Source of the DNA: an uncultured virus (IMG/VR IMGVR_UViG_3300028393_000047) | Lineage: Duplodnaviria > Heunggongvirae > Uroviricota > Caudoviricetes | Length of the DNA stretch: 64,000 bases | IMG/VR virus record: IMGVR_UViG_3300028393_000047 | Strand: one strand, 5' to 3' | Shown here: positions 57,681 through 64,000 of the stretch, in pieces | Layout: each line of letters starts with the position of its first letter | Numbering within the stretch: position 1 is the stretch's first letter | Notes under the pieces: generated by a model | What the model was told of the DNA's origin: nothing | Databases searched by the model: none | The model's input: the letters and a program-made list of their open reading frames with translations, nothing else | Program-made: the position numbers and the translations under genes

Positions 57681-57800
57681 ATGTTAGAAACAATTTTTTG
57701 GATTTTAATCGGTGCATTTGTTGGTTGGCACTTTCCGCAACCTTCATGGGCGAAAACAATAGAAGCTAAAGTGCGTTCAGCATTTGCAAGTAAAGAGTAA
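57681..57800 (+). CDS. 39-aa single-TM protein
   Basis: Not in the ORF track; AAGGA RBS; MLETIFWILIGAFVGWHFPQPSWAK... Confidence 0.6.
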   Translation: MLETIFWILIGAFVGWHFPQPSWAKTIEAKVRSAFASKE

Positions 57801-57805
57801 TTGTT

Positions 57806-58252
57806 ATGTGGATTTTGGAATGGCTTCCCAATTGGATATTCTATGCAATTTTCTTTGCAGGAATATTAGGAGTTATTGCAACATACGTACTAGGATTCAT
57901 TCCTTTTCTTTCTGCATATAAAATTCCTATTCAAGTAATATCTATTATTGCTATTGTTGTTGGCACATACATGGCTGGAGCAATATCAAATGAAGAGTCA
58001 TGGCTTGCTAAAGTAAAAGATGTTGAAGCAAAAGTAGCAGAAGTTCAAGTACAGTCTGCTAAAGAAAATATAAAGATAGTAGAAAAAGTTGTCAAGAAAC
58101 TTGAAATTGTTAGAGTGCAAGGCAACGAAGTCATAAAATATGTTGACAGAGAAGTTGTCAAGTATGACATTAAATTTGCGCCAGGTGGTATATGTGAGAT
58201 ACCTAAAGAATTTTTCATAGCACATAATGATTCGGCTAAGGATTCAAGATGA
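57806..58252 (+). CDS. Putative i-spanin (Rz-like)
   Basis: N-terminal TM segments, coiled coil, C-terminal Cys; followed by a lipoprotein gene. Confidence 0.6.
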   Translation: MWILEWLPNWIFYAIFFAGILGVIATYVLGFIPFLSAYKIPIQVISIIAIVVGTYMAGAISNEESWLAKVKDVEAKVAEVQVQSAKENIKIVEKVVKKLEIVRVQGNEVIKYVDREVVKYDIKFAPGGICEIPKEFFIAHNDSAKDSR

Positions 58253-58518
58253 TTAAATACCTTGCACCTTTATTGCTTATATTAATAGCAGGCTGTTCAA
58301 CTGTCGTTCCAGTGACAGTCAAGTTTCCTGATGCACCAGATAGAATAAAAATCAGATGCCCTCAGTTAAAAACTCTAAGCGAAGAGGCTAAGTTATCTGA
58401 CATAGCCAAAACAATAACCGAAAACTATACAACGTATTACGAATGTGCAGTTAAACACGATGCTTGGACGGAATGGTACGAGACCCAAAAAATAATTTTC
58501 GAGAAGTTAAACAAATGA
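58249..58518 (+). CDS. Putative o-spanin lipoprotein (Rz1-like)
   Basis: Lipobox LIAG-C, Pro-rich, CPQL...NY..YYEC. Confidence 0.7.
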   Translation: MIKYLAPLLLILIAGCSTVVPVTVKFPDAPDRIKIRCPQLKTLSEEAKLSDIAKTITENYTTYYECAVKHDAWTEWYETQKIIFEKLNK

Positions 58519-58946
58519 GTGATGCTACGGTAGAATTAAAAGTTGATGTGGAAGTCTTAAAGAATCAAGTATTGACTATCACACAGCTTTGTGGTAAAAT
58601 GGACTCAGTTATTGAGAAGCTGGTGGACAACCACGACCGCATGGTTAATCAAATCTATAACGATATGGAAAAAAGAAAAAACGATACCAATACAGATATC
58701 AAGGAATTACATTCCAGAATTACTACAATTAGTCGTGAGGTATCGGATAAAGTTGAATTGACGGAACGTAGAATTATGGATGAGATTAAAGCACTCCGTG
58801 AAGAAATTCAAGAACATAATAAAAAAGAAGAAAATGATTTGCAAAAAATTCTTCAATGGAAATGGATGGTAGCTGGTGGTATGGTTGTTCTTGCTTGGGT
58901 AATCTCTAACGTAAACTTAACCGCACTATCAAAAATATTTAACTAA
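58515..58946 (+). CDS. Coiled-coil protein with C-terminal TM segment
   Basis: ELHSRITT; WKWMVAGGMVVLAWVI. Confidence 0.6.
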   Translation: MSDATVELKVDVEVLKNQVLTITQLCGKMDSVIEKLVDNHDRMVNQIYNDMEKRKNDTNTDIKELHSRITTISREVSDKVELTERRIMDEIKALREEIQEHNKKEENDLQKILQWKWMVAGGMVVLAWVISNVNLTALSKIFN

Positions 58947-58975
58947 TTGACTTCCGTCTGAATGTCTGATATAAT
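58947..58975 (+). promoter_or_regulatory. Sigma70-like promoter for primase
   Basis: TTGACT-17 nt-TATAAT with TGn. Confidence 0.75.
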
Positions 58976-59013
58976 AGACATTCAATTGACATTGTATATT
59001 ATGAGAAACATTT

Positions 59014-60036
59014 ATGAGTATTTGGATAGACCAAAAGTATATTGGTACACTTTCAGTTCGCTTGGACAAATTTGTTCGCAAAGGCGACTACACCTATAAC
59101 TTCAGATGCCCTATCTGTGGTGATTCCCAAACAAATAGAAACAAGGCACGTGGATACATCTTTGCACAAAAAGGTGGGCTATTCTACAAGTGCCACAATT
59201 GTGCTGTCAGCATTTCGCTTGGCAGTCTAATCAAAGCAGTTGATCCCAATCTCTACAAAGAGTATTGCTTAGAGCGATACAAAGAAGGTGAGACTGGTCG
59301 TAAAGCACACAAAGAACACGGATTCGTTTTTAAGCCTGTTGTATTCGGTAGCAACAAAACGGACAATCTAAAAGGTGTTCTAACTCCCCTATCTAAACTC
59401 AGCGATACGCATGAAGCGATTGTATATGCACGTTTACGAAAGATTCCTGAGGATAGATTAAAGTCGTTATACTATGTTGACAATGTTCAAAAGTTAAAAG
59501 TTTTCTCGCCAGAGTATGAAGAGAAGATTGTAACTGACGAGCCTAGAATTGTATTGCCGTTCTATGATAGCGATGATGAATTGGTTGGACTAACGGCACG
59601 TGGTATTCGTGGTGAGAAGTTGCGATACATCGTGATGAAAATAAAAGATGATTCGCCTATGATTTTCAACATGAACGGGATAGATATAACACAGACTATT
59701 TTTGTGACTGAAGGACCAATTGACAGTCTATTCTTACCCAATGCAGTTGCAGTTGGAAATTCAAATCTGAAGTATGCACTCAATCACTTACCGAAAGATA
59801 AGTTGGTATTGATCTATGATAATGAACCACGTAATAAAGAAATCGTAAGAGAGATAGGTGACGCAATTAGTGCAGGTGCAAATGTAGCAATCTGGCCTAA
59901 ATCATATCAAGAAAAAGATATAAATGATATGATACTAGCCGGAAAAGCGCAGAATGAAATCTTGGATACAATAAATAAATTTACCTTTCGTGGTCCTAAA
60001 GCACTACTTGAATTCAACATATGGAAGATGAGATGA
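59014..60036 (+). CDS. gp61: DNA primase gp61
   Basis: CPICGDS...CHNC Zn ribbon, TEGPIDS, YDNEPRN, KDINDM. Confidence 0.96.
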   Translation: MSIWIDQKYIGTLSVRLDKFVRKGDYTYNFRCPICGDSQTNRNKARGYIFAQKGGLFYKCHNCAVSISLGSLIKAVDPNLYKEYCLERYKEGETGRKAHKEHGFVFKPVVFGSNKTDNLKGVLTPLSKLSDTHEAIVYARLRKIPEDRLKSLYYVDNVQKLKVFSPEYEEKIVTDEPRIVLPFYDSDDELVGLTARGIRGEKLRYIVMKIKDDSPMIFNMNGIDITQTIFVTEGPIDSLFLPNAVAVGNSNLKYALNHLPKDKLVLIYDNEPRNKEIVREIGDAISAGANVAIWPKSYQEKDINDMILAGKAQNEILDTINKFTFRGPKALLEFNIWKMR

Positions 60037-60063
60037 ACGTAAAATTAATAAGAAGGAATTTGA

Positions 60064-61863
60064 ATGTCAACTGATATTGTAATTGACTACAGTAGAGACT
60101 CATTATTTGATGAGTTAGGTATTAAAAGATTGAAAGAAAGTTATATGAAGGAGGATGAAACCTCTCCACAAGAAAGGTTTGCTCATGTCTCAAAAGCATT
60201 TGGTTCCAATCCAGAACACGCACAGCGATTATACGAATACAGCAGTAAACATTGGTTGTCTTATTCTACTCCCATTCTTTCTTTTGGTCGCAGTAGCCGT
60301 GGGCTGCCTATTTCATGTTTTCTTCCATATCTACACGATAGCGCAGAAGGGCTTGTTAACTGTCTTGCGGAAGTAAATTGGTTGTCTATGTTGGGAGGTG
60401 GTGTCGGTATTGGTGTCAGCATTCGCAGTTCGGATGATAAGTCGGTTGGAGTCATGCCCCACCTTCGCACATATGACGCATCAAGTCTTGCATATCGTCA
60501 AGGGCGCACCCGCCGTGGTTCTTATGCTACATATCTTGATATCTCTCATCCTGATATTCTTCTATTTCTTGAAATGAGAAAGCCTACGGGCGATCCTAAT
60601 CTGCGTACACTCAATCTACATCATGGCATCAACATTCCAGATTCATTTATGCAAATCGTTGAACGATGTATGCAAGACAAAGATGCAGATGATTCTTGGG
60701 AATTAAAAGACCCACATAGTAATGAAGTGCGAGAAGTGGTTTCTGCAAAAGACTTGTGGCAACGTATACTTGACATCCGTATGCAGACTGGTGAGCCATA
60801 TCTACATTTCATTGACGCAAGCAATCGTGCTATGCCACAGTTTCAAAAAGATTTGGGACTAAGTATTAAGCAGAGTAATCTTTGCTCTGAAATTATTTTA
60901 CCTACAGATAAAGATAGAACAGCAGTATGTTGTTTGTCTTCAGTTAACTTGGAGTACTTTGATGATTGGAAAACTGATCCTTTATTTCTTGCTGATATTG
61001 CTGAAATGCTCGACAATGTTCTTCAGTATTTTATTGATAATGCTCCTGCCGCCGTTGAACGTGCAAGGTTCTCTGCCATACGTGAGCGCAGTATTGGCAT
61101 CGGTGCTTTGGGGTTTCATGCTTATCTACAACGAAATAACGTCCCATTTGAATCCGCACTTGCAGTCGGAAGAAACAAACAAATCTTCTCACACATAAGG
61201 GAACAACTCAATGATGCGAATCTTAAATTGGGTAAAGAGCGAGGTGAAGCTATTGATGCTGTTGGCACTGGCCAACGTTTTAGTCATCTTATGGCTATTG
61301 CTCCAAATGCTTCTTCGTCTATCATCATGGGAAATACTAGCCCTAGTATCGAACCTTATCGTGCTAATGCTTATCGTCAGGACACTTTATCAGGGTCATC
61401 GTTAGCCAAAAACAAATGGTTAGATAGAGTTATTCAAAAATATCTTTCAGGTGATGGAGATACAGTATCACAAAATGATTACAATGATATTTGGTCTTCA
61501 ATCATTGCAAACGATGGTTCTGTACAACATCTAACATGGATGGACGATTGGACAAAAGATGTATTCAAGACTTCTATGGAGATTGACCAACGTTGGTTAG
61601 TTAATCATGCCGCAGATAGACAAGTGTATATTGACCAAGCACAATCATTGAATCTATTTTTTCGACCTGATGTGAACATTATGTATCTACATGCAGTACA
61701 CTTTCAAGCATGGAAGCAAGGACTCAAAACATTGTACTATTGTCGTTCAGAAAAGATTGGTAAAGCAGATAAAGTATCTAAACGTATTGAACGTGAAGTA
61801 ATTAAAGAACTAGATATGAAAGCACTTATTGATGGTGATGCATGTCTTGCATGTGAAGGATAA
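60064..61863 (+). CDS. nrdA: Class I ribonucleotide reductase alpha subunit (no ATP cone)
   Basis: PISCF, SNLCSEI, APNASSS, KTLYY, C-terminal CLACEG. Confidence 0.95.
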   Translation: MSTDIVIDYSRDSLFDELGIKRLKESYMKEDETSPQERFAHVSKAFGSNPEHAQRLYEYSSKHWLSYSTPILSFGRSSRGLPISCFLPYLHDSAEGLVNCLAEVNWLSMLGGGVGIGVSIRSSDDKSVGVMPHLRTYDASSLAYRQGRTRRGSYATYLDISHPDILLFLEMRKPTGDPNLRTLNLHHGINIPDSFMQIVERCMQDKDADDSWELKDPHSNEVREVVSAKDLWQRILDIRMQTGEPYLHFIDASNRAMPQFQKDLGLSIKQSNLCSEIILPTDKDRTAVCCLSSVNLEYFDDWKTDPLFLADIAEMLDNVLQYFIDNAPAAVERARFSAIRERSIGIGALGFHAYLQRNNVPFESALAVGRNKQIFSHIREQLNDANLKLGKERGEAIDAVGTGQRFSHLMAIAPNASSSIIMGNTSPSIEPYRANAYRQDTLSGSSLAKNKWLDRVIQKYLSGDGDTVSQNDYNDIWSSIIANDGSVQHLTWMDDWTKDVFKTSMEIDQRWLVNHAADRQVYIDQAQSLNLFFRPDVNIMYLHAVHFQAWKQGLKTLYYCRSEKIGKADKVSKRIEREVIKELDMKALIDGDACLACEG

Positions 61864-61866
61864 AAA

Positions 61867-62109
61867 ATGAAAGTACTTAGATTTACAGCATCATGGTGTC
61901 AGCCATGTAAGATGTTAGCAAAAACATTAGAAGATGTTGATACTCAAATTCCAATTGAAGTTATTGACATTGATGAGAATCAACAACTCGCAGTAGACTA
62001 TGGCATTCGTGGTGTTCCCACTTTAGTCATGTTAGATGGTGACATTGAAGTTAAAAGATTTTCTGGCATGAAAATGAAAAATGAATTAACAGAATGGTTG
62101 GGTGCTTAA
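61867..62109 (+). CDS. trx: Thioredoxin
   Basis: WCQPC, GIRGVPT. Confidence 0.92.
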   Translation: MKVLRFTASWCQPCKMLAKTLEDVDTQIPIEVIDIDENQQLAVDYGIRGVPTLVMLDGDIEVKRFSGMKMKNELTEWLGA

Positions 62110-62409
62110 ATGGATTGGAATTTTGGTGTAATGGAATTAATTTTTCTTGTTAGTTGCATAATCATTTTCATTAGAAACAGAATGCATAAAGCAGAAAATG
62201 AAATTGACAGAGTGATGAGAGAAGCTGAACAAGTCAAATATAAAAACATGGATATATTAATTTGTAAAACTGAAGTGCATGATAACCAAATCTTTATTTA
62301 CGAAAGAAAAACAAATGTGTTCATCACACAACAACCAACCATCGAAAGTACATTCACGTACTTTATGAATAACTATCCTGGCCAAAGAATACATTTCGGA
62401 GAAGAATAA
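62110..62409 (+). CDS. Hypothetical membrane-anchored protein
   Basis: N-terminal hydrophobic helix; fills the trx-nrdB gap. Confidence 0.55.
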   Translation: MDWNFGVMELIFLVSCIIIFIRNRMHKAENEIDRVMREAEQVKYKNMDILICKTEVHDNQIFIYERKTNVFITQQPTIESTFTYFMNNYPGQRIHFGEE

Positions 62410-62412
62410 CAA

Positions 62413-63408
62413 ATGAGTATAACAAAAATAAAAAGTAATTTAATGGATAGCAGAGATGCATTCAAGCCATTCAACTATCCGTGGGCATATGATGCATGGT
62501 TAAAGCATGAACAGAGTCATTGGTTACATACAGAAGTTCCAATGGCTGAAGATGTAAAAGATTGGAAGAAAAAGTTAACAGCAGAAGAGAAACATTTTCT
62601 CACAAACATTTTTCGTTTCTTCACACAGGGTGACATTGACGTTGCTGGTGGTTATGTAAAGAACTATCTGCCATACTTCAAGCAACCAGAAGTGCGTATG
62701 ATGTTGCTTGGCTTTGCCGCTAGAGAAGCGTTGCACGTTGCCGCATATTCGCATCTGATTGAAACATTAGGTCTACCAGATACAACATACAATGAGTTCT
62801 TAGCATATCAAGAAATGAAAGACAAACACGATTATGTGTTAGACATTTCAAATGCAAATGGTGACTTGCAATCTACTGCTACACACATTGCAGTATTCTC
62901 CGCATTCACAGAAGGTATGCAGTTGTTCTCTTCATTCATCATGCTTTTGAACTTTCCACGCATGGGTAAAATGAGAGGCATGGGACAGATCGTTACTTGG
63001 TCTATTGTAGATGAGACACAACATTGTGAATCTATGATTAAACTATTCAGATCATTCATTCAAGAAAACAATGAGATTTGGAATGATGAATTGAAATCAC
63101 GCATATATACTATAGCAGAACGAATGGTTGAACTTGAAGACAAGTTTATTGACTTAGCATTCGGCATCAATGAGATGGAAGGACTTACTTCAGAAGAAGT
63201 TAAGAAATACATTCGTTATATTGCAGACAGGCGCCTTATCAGTCTTGGATTGAAAGGTATTTTTAAAGTAAAAAGAAATCCATTACCTTGGGTTGAAGAA
63301 ATGATTAATGCACCAACGCATACTAATTTCTTTGAGAACAGAGCAACCGACTATGCAAAGGGTGCTACAAAAGGTGATTGGGCAGATGTATGGGGGAAAG
63401 CGGCATGA
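62413..63408 (+). CDS. nrdB: Ribonucleotide reductase beta subunit
   Basis: FFTQGD, EALHVAAY (radical Tyr), EGMQLF, DETQH, NFFE. Confidence 0.96.
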   Translation: MSITKIKSNLMDSRDAFKPFNYPWAYDAWLKHEQSHWLHTEVPMAEDVKDWKKKLTAEEKHFLTNIFRFFTQGDIDVAGGYVKNYLPYFKQPEVRMMLLGFAAREALHVAAYSHLIETLGLPDTTYNEFLAYQEMKDKHDYVLDISNANGDLQSTATHIAVFSAFTEGMQLFSSFIMLLNFPRMGKMRGMGQIVTWSIVDETQHCESMIKLFRSFIQENNEIWNDELKSRIYTIAERMVELEDKFIDLAFGINEMEGLTSEEVKKYIRYIADRRLISLGLKGIFKVKRNPLPWVEEMINAPTHTNFFENRATDYAKGATKGDWADVWGKAA

Positions 63409-64000
63409 AAAAAATATTAGTATCGTTATTCATCTTATTATCATTTAATGCATTTGCATGGACTCAACGTGCGCCTTTATCACCTCAAGCATGTGCGGTT
63501 CATGCGCCTTATGGATTCCCTGTTGTGCAAAATGTTCAGCCAATTTGCAGAGAAGCATATCTTGTTGGATATGATGAACAAGCAAAGATTCCAAAGTTTG
63601 TAACATACGAATTAACTCCTCCGAATGCATTGGGTTGTGTAGCACGTACTAATGCATTTGTTGCAGATCAATCAGTACCTAATGGTCCACGTCCAGATGA
63701 TTATGTTGGCACGGGTTACGACAAAGGTCATGCGGCACCAGATGGTGATTTGTCTTGGGATGTTCAAGTTGAATATGAATCTTTCCTAATGACAAACATG
63801 TATCCACAAGCAGGTTCACTAAATCGTGGTGTTTGGAAATTACTCGAAACTTCTGTTCGTGGTTGGGCAGTTCAGCTAAATCAACCTTTTACTATATACG
63901 TTGGTGCATTTTATGGTGCTGGTGATAAAACAATTGGGAATGGTGTTGTTGTTCCACATGGTTATTATAAAATTGTAATCAATAATACAACACATGAGGT
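63405..64000 (+). CDS. Secreted DNA/RNA non-specific endonuclease (NucA-type), 3'-truncated
   Basis: Not in the ORF track; MKKILVSLFILLSFNAFA signal peptide; YDKGH, SFLMTNMYPQ, LNRGVWKLLE, VPHGYYK. Confidence 0.88.
   Translation, partial: MKKILVSLFILLSFNAFAWTQRAPLSPQACAVHAPYGFPVVQNVQPICREAYLVGYDEQAKIPKFVTYELTPPNALGCVARTNAFVADQSVPNGPRPDDYVGTGYDKGHAAPDGDLSWDVQVEYESFLMTNMYPQAGSLNRGVWKLLETSVRGWAVQLNQPFTIYVGAFYGAGDKTIGNGVVVPHGYYKIVINNTTHE

Noticed and set aside
1479..63408. Introns, inteins or homing endonucleases in gp17, gp43, gp41, nrdA or nrdB
   Set aside because: All are uninterrupted and of ordinary length; no GIY-YIG, HNH or LAGLIDADG ORF was recognised
646..63645. Numerous minus-strand and nested alternative-frame ORFs in the track
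   Set aside because: They are shadows of well-supported + strand genes, with no recognisable motifs or RBS
1..64000. tRNA genes or stop-codon reassignment
   Set aside because: No cloverleaf was seen in the short intergenic gaps, and core genes are full length in the standard bacterial code

Overview
A 64 kb, AT-rich segment of a T4-like myovirus genome with cyanophage/pelagiphage-like gene order. Every credible gene is on the + strand. It runs from neck, terminase, sheath and head genes (gp14-gp23, gp3) through uvsY/uvsW/gp55/gp47/gp46 and the replisome (gp45, gp44, gp62, regA, gp43, uvsX, gp41, gp61) to nrdA/trx/nrdB and a truncated secreted nuclease. A spanin pair indicates a Gram-negative host; IscU, ErpA-like and DUF3563-like genes tentatively suggest a betaproteobacterium. 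The most notable accessory content is: (1) a candidate DNA-hypermodification operon (GNAT-like/2OG-Fe oxygenase fusion, fold-II PLP enzyme, dCMP deaminase, large amino-MTase-fold protein, plus a nearby GT-A glycosyltransferase); (2) late proteins with T4 capsid-targeting-like N-termini that look like protease-processed polyproteins carrying nucleotidyltransferase or ligase-like cargo; (3) structured cis-RNAs, including a tandem covarying hairpin leader and a ROSE-like thermometer; (4) a collagen-fibre cassette behind the portal and duplicated tail-tube genes; (5) Fe-S/Dps host-type genes; (6) many promoters embedded in inverted repeats. All calls come from motif recognition and synteny by eye; no searches were run.
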